In this document: one piece after another, positions 36,986 through 51,239 of the stretch
How positions within the stretch are numbered: position 1 is the first letter of the stretch
How the letters are laid out: each line of letters opens with the position of its first letter
Origin: Trichosphaerium sp. ATCC 40318
Taxonomy: Eukaryota > Protista > Tubulinea
Direction: 5' to 3'
Assembly: GCA_038496445.1 (NCBI GenBank)
Contig: JALMLS010000213.1
Span: forward strand, 248,001-312,000
Length of the DNA stretch: 64,000 bases
Notes under the pieces: generated by a model
What the model was told of the DNA's origin: nothing
The model's input: the letters and a program-made list of their open reading frames with translations, nothing else
Databases searched by the model: none
Translations under genes and position numbers: made by a program

Positions 36986-39900
36986 TTAGCGTACACCGGT
37001 CACTTTACGTCGCTTATGCTGTTTGTCAGCATCAGAGCCATCATCTGATGCCCTAGGACGCTTATTGTGACGAGGAACGTTCTGCCTTCCAAGCGGCATC
37101 CGGGTTGCCGCAGCAATAGCATCTGGCGATAAATCAGGATACTTTGGTGGCTGTACATGACCTAGTGCTACGTGTTGATGTAATTGCTGCAGCTGAAGGA
37201 CTTTGGCAGGTTCGGCAGCGTCCACACGCTGTGAAAGCTCTAGTAGCTTTTGCCAAGCTAGAAAATGTGTGAATTCCGGTGATAACGCTTCCAGCGCTTG
37301 CATAAGCAAGTAGTATTGATGCTGTTGCAGCGTTGGCGCTGTTTTGTTCGGCGCCTGAAAATGTTGCTGCCACGCGATAAATCGAGTGAATACAGGGTCC
37401 AGTGTCTCTACAGCTGCTATATGACGAGGCATAGCACAAGCTGGTGCCAAAGCGACTTTTCCTTGAAGCGTACGCTTCTTTTCTAATAGTTGTAGTAGAA
37501 CGCCTTGCTCTATTGTCAAGTTTTCTCCATCTAGAGGCATCGAAGGAAGTGCTTTTGACTGACTCGTCTTTACCAAATGTTCTGTTTTCTCTACGTGCTC
37601 TTTGTATTCTTTGTATAGTTGCTGCGCTTGTTTTGAGTCTTCTTTTGGCTCGCTTTCAGCATCTTCTTTAATACAAACAGAAGGCAAAGATTGTGGTTCA
37701 AAGTCTAATAAAAACGACGGGTAGCTGTTGCATACAGCATCCCAGTACGTTTTAGGATCGTTTTTGGAACATCCCTCAGTAGGACAAACCCATGTTGTAA
37801 CTCCATTACGAGGTGGATAGTCAAGGCAATGAGCATGATATTGAGCAGAGCAATCGTCACATTGAATCAAATGCTTTTCTCCATTACCTCTACATACCTC
37901 ACATAAGTATGGGTCGCGATACTACAAGAGCAAAGGTAAGCCAATAGATTTAAAAAAAAAGAAACAAATAAACTGATTCTACAAGTTTTACCTTTCTTCG
38001 TTCACGAGGCGTTTCACCACCATGGAATGTATCTCTAACACCATAACGGTACTTTAATTTATCAACATGATTAGGAACTTTGAGGTAATCCCAAAAAGTG
38101 ACGTCTCTGAATTCACGTATCTTATTATCACCTACCATAAAATAAGCATAACGTATTACACAATCAACAACTTACGTGACCAATTAGACCTCTTTATGGA
38201 CTGTGGCACAGAAAAACTTTTTGGATTGCACTTCTTTAAACGCTTGAATAAAGGTTCGAACTCACTGACATCACCATCAAACGTTTGTGCAGTAGTAGCT
38301 GTTGCTTGTGACTTGGAGGAAAAAAAAAATGAGTACGCTACGCATAAGAATTAAATGTGCGTACCATTGCTGCACGGCACTTATTACAATACCAGCGACC
38401 TGCAGGAACATCCTTGGCTTCCATAGGTGGATGACAACAAAGTAAATGAAACGAAGCTGGACAATTATCACAGCATAACAAATCACCCATAGCACCACAA
38501 GAATCACATTGATCTAAACAATAAAATCAATTAAACCGAAAATCTCAAAGCAAAGGAAAGAAAAAAAACGATTGTTTACCGTTATTACGAGAGTCAGTGG
38601 TTTTAGCCTTTCTCTTCCTTCCAGATCTTCTAGTAGGCACAGTGCTCTTAGGTTTCTTGGTCCTAGTGCTCTTTTTCACGACCTTACCCTTCGCAGGAGT
38701 CACAGAAGGGTTTGGATCAACTTTCATGATTTCAGCCATGTCAACCTTTTCAGGCACTGATTCACTCTCTGCTGACTTCTCGTCCGAGCTATCATCAACG
38801 TCCATATCATCAAAGCTTGGCTCAGCATCCTCCTCAATAGAATCCTCTTTTTTAGGTGTAGGAGTAGAAACTTCTATCGGAATGCTGTCAGGAGACAAGT
38901 CGTGACTTGGCACAACGATAGAACCTATCACAGGTTTCTTTTGAGTTTTACCAGATACAGAACCTTCCAATAACTTTAATGCAGGTACAGAGTTTTGTAT
39001 CACAGGTGATACACTACCGTTAGACGCATCTTGGAGTAAATCGGGGTTTATCTTAGAAGTTGGTTGAATGGTGACTGGAGTTGATGGCATGGGAACTACT
39101 TCAGTCTCAGGCGTTGATTGAATGATATCAATCATATCAATATCAGCAGAATGGGTTAGATTGATTTTCGTAGGTATAGGGACGATAGAAGAAGCGTTCA
39201 AGTCGTGAACATCTGGTGACTCAGGTTGAGCTATAAGGGGCTCTTCAACATCATCTACGGGTGCTACGTTATCAGGGGTGTCGCCTTGCAACTAAAGAAA
39301 GGATGTGAGTTCAACAGAAAGAGCGAAAAAAAATAAATCGAAAAAAAAATAGGAGAAACGTCAACGAAAAAACAAAGTCGGTTTTCACTGTCTCAAAAAA
39401 AAAAGTACACATTTAACACTCGCATGACCATAAAACTATTGTCGTTCGAATACACATGGCGTTTATGAAATAATATCAAGGTCTCGGTTGGATGAAAACG
39501 AAAAAAAAAAAATGAAAAAAACAATTCGTTGCGTTATTGAAAAAAAAAATTATAAAATGCGTAAAACGCTTGGAAATTGTATATAAAAACGATTGAAGGT
39601 CATTTTCTTTCCTTAAAAAATTGTGTCGTACTGTAACATCTAAACCATCGACATTGTCGGTAAAATCATTCACATTGTCATTTTGCTCCATCTCCTCATC
39701 ATTAGATGGTAATGAAGCAACTAATGGGTTGCTAAGAACAGTTGTCTCGGTAATTGGAGGAAATAAAGTTTTTGTCATTGATGGGTCGTCTACGCTTTCG
39801 GTTTGTTGCACATGAAAATCAGGTAGTGGCAAATCATCGTCTGGCATTATATTTATCAACATATCACTACAACAAAATGAGTAAATAAGGTATTACGTCT

Positions 39901-40487
39901 TTTTCGTTCAGAAAAAATTCGCTGAGGCTTTGAATTGTATTCTTTCAAAAGTGTATCATGTTTTAATAACGCAACAGGGGAAGACATTACCGGAATTATG
40001 AAAAAGGTGAATGGAAACAAAAGCACTTGTCGAGGAGGTAATGTACCTTTGCTCAGTCTCTTCATATGTTCCTGTATCCCCATACATTACGTAGGGCGTT
40101 ATTTCTTCCTTGACTTGGCTGTAGCACTAGAAAATCGGTCAAGAAACGATAATTTTGAAATGAGTTAAAAAATGTTTTTCGTTTTAGCTCAGCTATGAGC
40201 GAGTATTCGAGCAAGTGAGTAACGGTGGTATCAAGCTTATATATTGTGAGTATAATGCGTACCGATATAGTGTCATTAGGTGTTGTGGAGGGCTGAACGA
40301 CATCATTTCCAGCTATGGCATTTGAAGCAGGGACTGTAGGCGCTGTGTCGACTGGCGTATGTATTGTAGGTGCAGTTTGCGCTTGTAGGCTCTGAGGTGG
40401 AACTTGCTCGACAGTAGCATTAACTTTTCGTTTTGCTTCCAAGGTGTCCTCTGGAGTGGGCGCCGCGTCCAGGTTGTGTTGGGACAT
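36986..40487 (-). CDS. Double PHD-finger chromatin protein, PHF12/Rco1-like (5' exons uncertain)
   Basis: PHD1 DQCDSCGAMGDLLCCDNCPASFHLLCCHPP...GRWYCNKC; linker NPKSFSVPQSI resembling the Rco1/PHF12 NPxxFxLP motif; PHD2 CEVCRG...LIQCDDCSAQYHAHCLDYP...WVCP; C-terminal NLS. Confidence 0.75.
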
Positions 40488-41430
40488 AACACTTTGAACG
40501 GTTGTTGGTAGAGAAAAACTACATTAAATGTCAGCCTTTGTAAAAAAACGATTGCGTATGGCAATAATACTACGTTTGCACTTGTTTTAAGGTGAAATAA
40601 AATGTGTTGATAGGAAATTGAAAATGCAGATTGCATCGCTGAAAAAGCGTAAACGAACGTGCGAGTCATCCCACGTTTGTTTATAATGCAGTAAGCACTA
40701 CTTGGCAGAGTTTACACCCGGTTTTTAGGTCAAGTGTGTATCTGTTTCCGATCGTCCAAACTCATTTTATCGCGTCGAAGATGCGACGAATAGCTTACCT
40801 TTACGATTGCGCTTTATATGAAAGTAATTTAATGGCGAAATTAAAGGGTGCAGCGGTGCGTGACTGAAAACTTTAAAAAAATGTCAAATTTCTATTTAGT
40901 CGTTCGTTTTTGTGTAAGTTAGCTAACAGTTAACGCCAAAAAAGTTGGTACATATGATTTTAGGTCGTTTTTTGTTATAAACAAATGTCCATTAAAACAG
41001 TTCTGACAGACCTGATGGAATCAAGATCTCCGCCTTTTTACAAACATTTGACGCTGAGCAAAACCTCGTGAGGGCATCTAGAAATTCAATTAAACGAATT
41101 TGCAACTATTCGTCTATTTCTGTACTGCCGCTACAAATAACTAAAGGCGACGTTATTTAATCGCTCTTTTCAACTGATTGAGCCTGTAAACTGCGTAACG
41201 TTCGAAAACAAAAACATCGTTTCTGTACAAAGATTTTGATTTGTTTATTTATTTACAAACTAAAAAGCAAAAGGAGACAAGCACGCCTTTACAAGGTTGG
41301 CGCCACACAAATTTTTTTTTTCTTTTGGGTTCCGCTACAAAAACGGGTTTTCTCTTTCAAATGTTTTCTTTTTTTTCTGCGCCCCACTGTATACAATCGT
41401 AAGGTGTTGTGGTATTTGTTTTTCAATAAT

Positions 41431-44400
41431 CTACAATGATTTCTGTCGTCTATGAACGACAACTTTTTTACGTTGGGCCAAGATGTCAATGTCGCTCTTA
41501 ACTGATGAGTTATTGCTTGCGCTTTTACTACTACTAGTAGAAGACTCAGACACAGACACTTCAGCTTCAACTGCTGTAAAAAATTCTTCGTCGTTGTTAT
41601 CTTCATCTGCTTCGCCGGCTTCTGCGGCGTCTTCTGTAACTTCAACAACTTGTTTCTTTGCTCTCTTTGGCCTTTTCGGTGCTCGTCTACGCTTTGACTT
41701 TTTATCGTGTGGTGGTATGTCTACAAAAAGAAGGGAGAAGTAAGACAGAGGCCGTACAGGACAAAATACATAATTTTTGTTGAAACGAAAGCTTCAAAAA
41801 AAAAGTTGGATTTTTTTACGCAATGAGATGGTGCTCATTGATAATACTTTTCATGTGAGTAGATTTATATACATAAGAGAAGTTGATAAAAAATATTAAC
41901 GAAGGTTTTCTGGCAAGTAATGGTCTCCCATCTACTCGCAAAAATGAAATGTGTAAAATTTTTTTTCAAAATTGTCAAATTTCTCGCCTGGAAAGAGAAG
42001 AAATAAAAAATAAATATTATTGGGCGTACAAGGTATATCTCCTTTTCTTTTTCGACCAGAGGATCCATTTATCGTATGACGGTAGGAAGGAAGCGATTTG
42101 CCAAACTTTCTAGACTGCTCTGCAAGCGGTGATGGTTTTCGTTGCCTTCTCCTCACTATTGGTGTTCTGGGATGCGATTTACTCACTTGAGGTGGTCGAT
42201 CTGTTGTATTGCGACGCGCAGGTATTGGAGACGAGGAACGAGAAGATGACTGAATGGACTTCCTGAATTTTTGTCTCATCAGCTGTCTGTGGTCTGTAAT
42301 TTCAGCATCGTCCTCCTCCTTATCGCTGCTATTCTAAATAAGACAGAGACCACATATACTTTTTTTTTGTAGAGTGCCGCCAAAAGGTTGAAGAAAAAAA
42401 AAATGTCATTCCCAAAGCTTTCGTTCTCTGAACGCAAAAAAAAAACCAAAAAAAAATACTTTCTATTTTCAACTCTATCTAAACCAAGTACTCGAACTTT
42501 GCTCCTCCTCTTCCCGTTGTACGTGGATGATGAGATTCAGGTTGTCTACCTGTAAGAACCATATGCTCTGACCGAGATTTTCTTAAAAACCTGCTATTAT
42601 ATTTGTGTGCCATTGATTGTGACCTCTGAGGACGCTTACGTAACCTATCAACCGGAGATTTACTGCCATTTAAGCTCTTTTTTAAACGTTTCTGAGAAAC
42701 TGATGCTATCCTAGACATACCAAGCTTTCTTTTTCAAAAACTTTGTGTGAGCTTTTTTTTGTGGTTCTTTTTTTTTTTTATTTTCTACTCTACTGTCTTG
42801 GCGTACTTGAAAGTTGTCTTTTTGTTGCTGCCACCACTATCAAGTTCTTTGTCTTTCTTACTTTGTTTATCTTTCTTCTCTTTCTTTGCAGACTTACGAC
42901 GAATTCTTGGACTTACAGCAGAAGCCAATGTATTCGCTCGTCTGTTTCGTTTTTGTAATATCTTCTGTGTTGTTTTAGCAGCACTTCCATTCATCAATCT
43001 ACTATCAGGATTTGCTTTACTAAAAAAGATCACGTGAGAACCATAAAGATCTCGCGAAAAAAAGGAGAAAGAAGAGAAGCATTTGTTTTTTTCTTTGCGC
43101 GTACTTATCTTGTTCTTCTTCAAAAACACCTACTACAGACGTCCGCCGCTTATGCGTATGGACGTTTCCAGGTACCAATACTTTAGCGCGTATGCGTTTG
43201 AATGAATTATACTTGGTATCATCTTTGTAGGAAACCATATTCTGAAGCATACCAGCACCCATTTTTCGTCTTCTATTTCAAAAAAAAGTTAGCAAAATAT
43301 TTTTGATATTTTTTTTTGTTTTTTTTTTGGTGGTTACCCATCCAAGCTTTGCTCTGTGACAATATCAACAATGATATCATCTTTTTCAGAAGATAGCTTC
43401 TGAGTTGGTTTCCTGGTTATTCTACTCCTTCTCGGAGAAAACAAAAGATTATCCTCACTAGAATACACAAAATACATAATCTAATATAATCTAATACATA
43501 TACAACGTAACCACCTTTAATAAAACCCATTCTACATAACTCCCTCAAGATATAAAAAAGCATGTAGAATGGGTTATTTAGGTGCTGTTACGAGGGTCTC
43601 TCTATAGTAATGTACCTGCGTGAAGGAACAACTGAGCTTAGAGGCTAAAAAAAGAATATAAGTAAGAACTAAGTTTCACTTTTTTGTTTGTTGTCTGTAC
43701 CGGATTTTGATTGCTTGTTGATGGGTTCCCTGTAGATGGCCTATTTATTCTTTGTACAGAAGATTCAGACCTCCTACGTGGACCAATACTCTTTCCTCCT
43801 TCATTGAAAAATAAGAGAAAACATTCACAAAAAAAAACGAGTGAAAAGCTAATTACCTTTCTTCTTGACTCTCAATGTGTGAGCGTTTGATGCTCGCATT
43901 GCAATTTTTGTGGCATGTTCTATTGTCTCTTGAGGTATTTCCTTTTGAGTATCATTTATTTTCTTTGCATCAAGAGACGTTAAAGCAGGAATAGAATCAA
44001 GCGAGAAATCTAGAAAGATTCGTAAGTCATCACAATTCAATTATTAGAAGGCTTTACCATCAATTTTCTCTGCTGCTTGGCCTTCCACTGAGCTTGAATT
44101 AGAGTTTGCATCTTCTTTCTATATAAATATAAGCCATAGAAATGAAATACACTGCAGGGAAAACACTACCTCTCCTTTTTTCTTCTTCTTTGGTTTTGTT
44201 TTTTTACCACCCATTGGAAATTCCTTAGCTGTTTTTATGCCAACGTGAGCCAATGATTTATCAATACTACATAACAATTATAAGTTATTACGTTTTATAG
44301 ACGTTTGACATACTTTAAAGTATCGCAAGGGATCTCTTCATCATCGTCAGGAGGTACCTTGGACCTACGGGTCTTAAGTTAGATTTTTGTTGGCACGAGA

Positions 44401-47158
44401 TTCTTGTGCGTTACCTAAAATGTCGCACAAGGCGAGCCAAGCTACTACTTATTTCAAGTTCTTCATCGCTTCCATCTAGCCACCGACAATAATATCTTTC
44501 CCATAGCTTTATCTTACGTAACGATAAACTCGGCCGTAATGTGTTCTATAACAAAATAAGCAAAAAAATTAGAATAAAAAGTTCAAGTGGTTACCTTATC
44601 ACGTTTATACAAGTAGTTATAAAAAGGTTGTGAGCAAGCATTTATAAAAGTCCATAGGGATACTGTGTTAGCGTATACGCCACTAAAATATGGTTATAAG
44701 TTGAGGTAGAATGAAGTGAGAGTACGTGTCATGTCGTTCTTTCTTTGAGTTGCAAAGGAAGGTGCCGAAAAGGCATGAATTAAAATGATCCAAGATTACA
44801 ATAAGCATCCTCTCGTTGAACTCAAAAGCAAGAGGAAATTGTTGCATAACTTGCCAAACACAGTCAATAAACTGAAGAAAAATAGGAGACCGGTCGCTAC
44901 TTTTACGTTGAGACATCTTTTCTCCTGCAAAAAAAGTTAGTAAAGAGAAATATGAATGAGTTTTTTCAAGACTAACCATGTCCGTTTCTTGTGGCGCATT
45001 GATGTCCAAAACTACACCATTCTTTTTCAACCAAACAAGCGAATCCTCTCATTGTACGGTAGTGAGGATCAAGCAAAAGTTCAGCCAAAGCAACCTTGAA
45101 GAGAACACGTTAGAGAACTTTAAAAAAAATCTAAAAGAATTTACGAACAATTTGCGCTGTTCGATCCCATCCATCTGAGCAATGGACTAGTACAGATGAT
45201 CCGAAGTCTTCTATTTCTTCTACAATACGACATGATGAAACAAGTATCACGTGAATATATTCAAGCCATTTTGAATCAGCTAAACCTGTCACCCTAAGCA
45301 AACATATTTTAGAAAAAAAAAGTTATTCTTGTTTTTCGATTGTTGGTGAAGTTTTTTTTAATATTATTTCTACCGTACCAGTGTCTATCATTGCTAGGAT
45401 CTGCGCAAATATCAAACAATTTATTCGAGCTCTCACGCATGACATGAATATTCTCAATACCGCAATAGATAACATTGCATTTATCATATATTTTCTGACT
45501 CTCAACGCCACCACCCATTACAGCGTTTGCTTGTGCATTTATCTTAGGTCTAGCATCTAATATAATAAAACTATTAGATCATATATCATACTAACTAAAC
45601 CATGTACCGAGAATCTGAAGTCTACTGTCTGCATCTTTCAAGTTTACAAAACTTCTTATTAATTGTTCATCTTCTTGGCTTCTATGACCTTTTAACCCAA
45701 CTCTTGGTTGACTGCTCCTAAAAAAATAGAAAAGTCAACAATCAATGCACCACAATCCATTATCTTAACCAAGTAAAAAAAAGTGCTTACCTAGCAATTA
45801 CTGCTCCATTTTCATGTCGCCAAACAACAGCAGGAAATCGATTTCTCGTTCTGAATTGAGATGCCACCTGAATGAGGTGATCTGGCACAGTACGGGGAAC
45901 TACTAACCTAATTACGTCAAACAAATAAAGCAATAACAATCGATTAAATATAACAAGAGGGGTGGTTTGAAAGAAGAGATCAAATGTTTCGTACACGTCA
46001 GGATATGTATCACAAAGTCTGAAACGTGTATTGACTTTTGTAATACGCCAATCGCCCTTATTTAACTTAAGTCTTTTATAATCCTCAACAGGATCGTAGA
46101 GCTTCCAACCATCAAAGTTCCCTTCAAATACTTCATCGAAAGAGAAGGCGAAAAGTCCTCTTTTGATAGAGATAATTAATAAACGTAAAAATGAAGGTAG
46201 ACGCAAAGATTAATAGATGTGGGGAAAAAAAAAAAGAAGAAAAGACTTTTTTGGGTTTTTTTTTGTGGTGGTCCGAGAAATGCAATGAATAGCGTATCAG
46301 AAGATGATAGTACTACTGTAGTATTTTTTAAACATCGATAAGAAAAAATAATCACGTCATAGGCCTTTAAAGTCTCATGAAAAATAAATCAAAAAAAAAA
46401 CACAAAAAAGATTTGGTTTAATCAATTTTAATAAAAAACCTTCCAAACACGTGCTGCGAAAAGGTATTTTGTTTGAAGAGAAATAAATACGTACGATGGA
46501 GCTGGGAATGAATAATGCTTAATGTAAGATACCATAACAAATCTCTTACCAGGCACACGTTCGAAACGAAACGACGCAAGTCTAAAATCCTTACAAGAAA
46601 TATCGATACCATACACACCACTGCCTTTAGCTTTTCCTTTTTTCTTAATACGCGATATAGTATGTAAACGAATAGTAGTAACACGCTTATAATATAAAGT
46701 AAGAAACCAGTGCGCAATTCAATGCCTTATTTTGCACAACGACAAAACAAAAACAAAGCAAAAAAAAACCGAAAAAAAAGCAAAAAAAACGCAGAAGAAT
46801 TGAAAGCCGTGAATGCCAATAAATTACTGGCTAATAAGGTTGATGTTTTTTCTTTGTTTTTATGCATTTTTTACGTACGTTAGGCGGTTCGTTTTGTACA
46901 AATATAAGTTGAAAGTTTGTAAGGTATAAAGTGCCAACTACTTGGTCGTGGTCCTTTGTAACATTCTCTTGTTTCCATATAATCTGTTCTGATGCGAATA
47001 ATGTCCCTTCAACCTTGATAATTGATAAGAAGATTTTGGTTTTTTTTTTATTAGGGCTCTTTGCTAACCAGCTGTTTCTCTCCATCGCTTATAGATATAT
47101 CTTTTGGTGCAGTTACATCTATTTGATCTGAATCGCTAGATTGGTCGCTTTCAGACAT
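41431..47158 (-). CDS. Myotubularin-family phosphoinositide 3-phosphatase (intact active site) with PH-GRAM and long basic low-complexity tail
   Basis: [12 protein letters not shown] (GRAM), [78 protein letters not shown]...FPLAFEFNE. Confidence 0.92.
43506..43592. repeat. Intronic inverted repeat (hairpin)
   Basis: aacccattctacat (43524-43537) pairs perfectly with atgtagaatgggtt (43562-43575). Pairing extends imperfectly through cacct/aggtg and cgtaac/gttacg. Confidence 0.8.
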
Positions 47159-47344
47159 TGTAATGCAATAGATTCATACAAATTTATAAGCGCTAAGTAA
47201 CTAATAGGTGCTTTGTAGAATTGAAGGCAAAATAAGAACGTCAGCTTGGTCTTCGTTTGTCTTTTCGGTGTTTTCGTTCGAATGCTTTTAAACTGCTGTG
47301 AGACGCGGTTAGTTTGTTAGTGGCATGTTGTCGTATTGTTTAAA

Positions 47345-49870
47345 ATGGCGACAGTAGCGAAATCCGCTATACGTAGCGTAACTGCCCAAGATATAAATAA
47401 GAGAGCTGTAAGAGGTACGCTTATTCTCCTAGATACTCCCGTTTGTGAATTACCTTCAGTAATACCGAATTCAATATCATAATCTCACAAACAGCTCCCA
47501 GGCACAGATTTCGGCGTAAGGACGCCCAAAAACCACTGGAAAAGAGTTTCTAACCAACGACATTTCTTTGACGCAACACTTGTACCACGTTTAGGCATTG
47601 CAAACGCCGCTGATTGGTATAATGTTACGTCTACTGATGTTAAACGACTTGGTGGTAGAAGCATTCTCAGAAAGTACGTAGAACTCCTCAACAACGCCTG
47701 AAAAGGGCCGTCTATGATGTGAAATACGTCAACGTACTAGTAGCAAACATTTTCATTAAAAAACAACGTAGTTATGGTGATTCCCTCCCAAAGGCTTTGA
47801 AGGCAATCTATCCAAGAGAACTATGGGAATCGGACAGATTCAAGTACAAAAACCTTTAGCTCGAACCTGTACAATATTTATTTTAACTGTACTCTCTCAG
47901 AGTTAAAGCACCAAGAGGTTATTGGCAAGACACTAAAAATGTCATTCATTTTTTGGAAATTGTTGGAACCAAACTAAGGATTGACGATCCTTATAAATGG
48001 TATAGTGTCACTCATAGCCAACTATCTGAACTTGGTGGGAGTGGTATGTTATCATATTTTCCTATTATTCTTGATGAGATGTATCCAATGTTCGAATGGG
48101 ATTGGAGTCTTTTTGCATCAAAATCAAAACCTTCGTATGTGTCAACTTTTTTTTAAATGTTACTATGCCCTTTTGACGCAGTTTGTAGTACTGTATATAT
48201 CCCTGAAGGTGTTGCTAAAAATCTAGAAAAAACTGATAGTAAGTATAGATGGGAAATGTGGCGTGCTGGGTATGTTGTGTTCGTGGTTTTTGTGATAGAC
48301 TTGTGTTTAACTTTTCTTTTCAAAATAGACATTCACCAGCTGGAAGAGATTATTGGGCGAGTAAAGCAAATCAAAGAGAAATGTTTGATGCTCTTGCTAG
48401 TAAATTTAACATACGTACATTATCACAGTGGTATAATATCAAGGCATCAGAAGTTATGGCTTGTGGAGCTGGTATAATCGTTTCAAAGTGAGTGTTGTTT
48501 TTTTTTTTACCAAACGTATGCGAATATTAATGTGTATGTTTTGTTTTATAGCTACTACAACTCCTCACTTATCAGAGCTTTACAAAATATTTATCCAGGA
48601 TACACATGGCATCCATGGAAGTTTGGTTAGTAATAGCAGTATGTTTACCATCTAATTGGGAGCCTAGAGCAAGTACCAGCACATTTTTGGAAGATTCAAG
48701 AAAACCAAAGAAATTTTATTAAATATGCACGTTCACTTTTTTAAGTGTTTTTGTGCTTTTCCTTACAAATGAAATAGGCCTCTATTGAGCTCAAAATTAA
48801 TAATATGAACGATTGGTACAATGTAGATGCTTCTGATATAGAGATGTTAGGAGGTTTCGGACTTTTACGGTACGCGATTTATTAGTGCAAGAAAATGCTA
48901 AAGAATTCAGGCACTTTGGATCACTTAAAAAGGCGCTGTATGCCTTGTATCCCCAGTACAATTGGTCTCCTAGACGCTTTCGTATGCTATAATGATTTTA
49001 TCATCTTGTTGATTGTATTAGCTGAGCGTACTAAACTCTTAAAGCCGAGCCGTTGGGATAAGATTGAAAATCAGTTTAATTTTATCAAGCAAGTAAGTTT
49101 GTCTATTTATAAGTGCTTTCCATGTTACATATATTAAGTGTACTAGGCCGAGAAAGAATTGCGTATATACGACTTAAGACAATGGTATAGTATCAGCTTA
49201 GAGGATATCAGAGCTCTGGGTGGCGTAGAATTACTCAAGTACTATTTTTGTAATAATTTTTTCGTTTACATTTCTTTTGGCGCTTTGGTTCGATGAAAGA
49301 ACCCTTACAGAATGTTTATCCAGAATATGATTGGATGCCATGGTTATTTGGTAATGTTTCAGACATTATGGAATACGGAATGTACTAATAATAAGTGCTA
49401 CTCTAGATGGGCAATTGGCAAAGAATTACTGGACAAAAAAAGAAAACGTAAATGCTTTTCTATCTGTAGCAAAAACCCAGCTTAAAATTACATCACATGA
49501 GCAATGGTGTCGTGTGGCTATACACCAGTTATCTAGGCTAGGTGCTGGTGGCTTGATTTCGGTGCGTGAATATCTATCAGTTAAGGCAGACTTGAACTAA
49601 CTAAACACTTAAGTACTGGCCTCAAATAGTCAAACGCATTGTTCCCTTAAGCTCTCAGAACATTGCTCTTCTAGAAAATAAGGATAAACGTGCGGTGCAA
49701 AAGTACGTATTTGAAATACGTAAACTTCTACAGAGAGTATTAAAATAGAATGCTTTCACTACTAGCTAAAAAGTCAAACAGTTTTATATGTTCTTTTTTT
49801 ATTCTCACAACTTTTTAGGTTTTTAGTTCGATGTACTGCTGACTTGTTTCCAAAACAACTCTATTTCTAA
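47345..49870 (+). CDS. Trp-rich tandem-repeat protein (about 6-7 repeats), paralogue of 22776-25192, lacking the nuclease core
   Basis: PKNHWKRVSNQRHFFD...DWYNV...LGGRSIL; PRGYWQD...WYSV...LGGSGML; DYWASKANQREMFD...QWYNI; YNSSLIRALQNIYPGYTWHPWKF. Ends KRAVQKFLVRCTADLFPKQLYF*. Confidence 0.78.
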
Positions 49871-50075
49871 TAAAATGTACAACAGAAATTACTAATAAAT
49901 AAAGTCTATTACTTGTTGTTACAGCTACACTAGCAATTAGCGTGAGTGTATGTACTAAGGTTGCAAATCATTTCGGGTATATGTCAACTAATCCAAAAAC
50001 AGGATTCATGTAGACATGCATCAACATTTTACAATTTGAGTATTTCTAACCCCTCCAGTGTGAATGAACTTTTAT

Positions 50076-51176
50076 CTAGATAACTATTCTCGCATCTTTG
50101 AGTACCTCAATAGATTCATCTATTACTGAAGTTAATGTCACGTCAATAGTATGTACTCCTTTAAGTGCTTTAATACCCTCATCTGTTACACTAGTTCCAT
50201 ATAAGTCAATTGTATGAACACCTTTGAGTGCTTTTAGTCCCTCATCTGTCACTGAAGTGCAATGCAAGTCAATGGTATGTACACCTTTGAGTGCTTTGAT
50301 TCCATCATCTGTCACTGAAGTGCCACGCAAGCTAATACTATGAACTCCTTTGAGTGCTTTGATTCCATCATCTGTTACACAGGTACAATACAATTCAATT
50401 GTATGAACACCAACAAGCCCTTGTATACCTTCATCAGTTATTCCAGTTTCACCAAGATTAATGGTATGAACTCCTTTAAGGTCCTTCACAGCCTCATCTG
50501 ATATGTAAGTGTTTGTAAGGTCAATTTTATGAACACCGGTAGCAGCAATTACTTTTAAGTCATCATTAGTGATTCTGGATTTGTCATGGTATGTTTGTGG
50601 TGCTGAGATGTTGCAACAACCAGCAAGTAATGAAAATATAGTGATGTCGTATCTAAGTTCTGAACCTGAGTATAATCCAATAAGAGTGTTGTTCATGACA
50701 CCTTTGTACTGTCTAATCTTTAGAATATCATCAACACACTTTATAAAAACTCTGTTGTAACCAACAATATGATGTATGATATCAGCCATCAGACAACATG
50801 ATTGAGCAACAGAAAATCTATCTTGTTCATCTGTATGACTTACAATAGTTGATAATATCTCTGCTTGATTTTGTTTTTTACAAAATTTTCTTTTTTCTGG
50901 TTTGTTGTACTCCGATGTTTGATCGTTGTTTACTTGCGATGGTAGGTCTTCAGACTGTATTGTGATCTTATTGGGTGTACCAACAGTTGAATTGATTTGT
51001 TTGGAAAGGAGATTGTCGAGTTTTTGTACCATGGTTGCGTTTAGTTCATTTATCAAAATCTCAACTTGTTTTATCAATATTTCGTGTTGTTCTTTTGTAA
51101 TTTTATTGAAATCCTCATTACGGTTGTTGGTGTAGTACGCAACTGCATTTTGTAACGAAATGTCACAGGGATCCAT
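50076..51176 (-). CDS. Intronless F-box-like + leucine-rich-repeat protein
   Basis: AEILSTIVSHTDEQDRFSVAQSCCLM (F-box-like) followed by about 7 x 22-aa repeats GVHTIDLxxTxVTDEGIKALK. Confidence 0.85.
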   Translation of the reverse strand: MDPCDISLQNAVAYYTNNRNEDFNKITKEQHEILIKQVEILINELNATMVQKLDNLLSKQINSTVGTPNKITIQSEDLPSQVNNDQTSEYNKPEKRKFCKKQNQAEILSTIVSHTDEQDRFSVAQSCCLMADIIHHIVGYNRVFIKCVDDILKIRQYKGVMNNTLIGLYSGSELRYDITIFSLLAGCCNISAPQTYHDKSRITNDDLKVIAATGVHKIDLTNTYISDEAVKDLKGVHTINLGETGITDEGIQGLVGVHTIELYCTCVTDDGIKALKGVHSISLRGTSVTDDGIKALKGVHTIDLHCTSVTDEGLKALKGVHTIDLYGTSVTDEGIKALKGVHTIDVTLTSVIDESIEVLKDARIVI

Positions 51177-51239
51177 TGTAGTTGATTTGGTACACGATAG
51201 TAGTACCGAAAAGAAGTGAGGCTTTGATGAACAGAAACT

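Noticed and set aside
50130-50520. CRISPR-like regularly spaced DNA repeats
   Set aside because: These are 66-bp coding LRR units in frame, with no unique spacers or cas genes.
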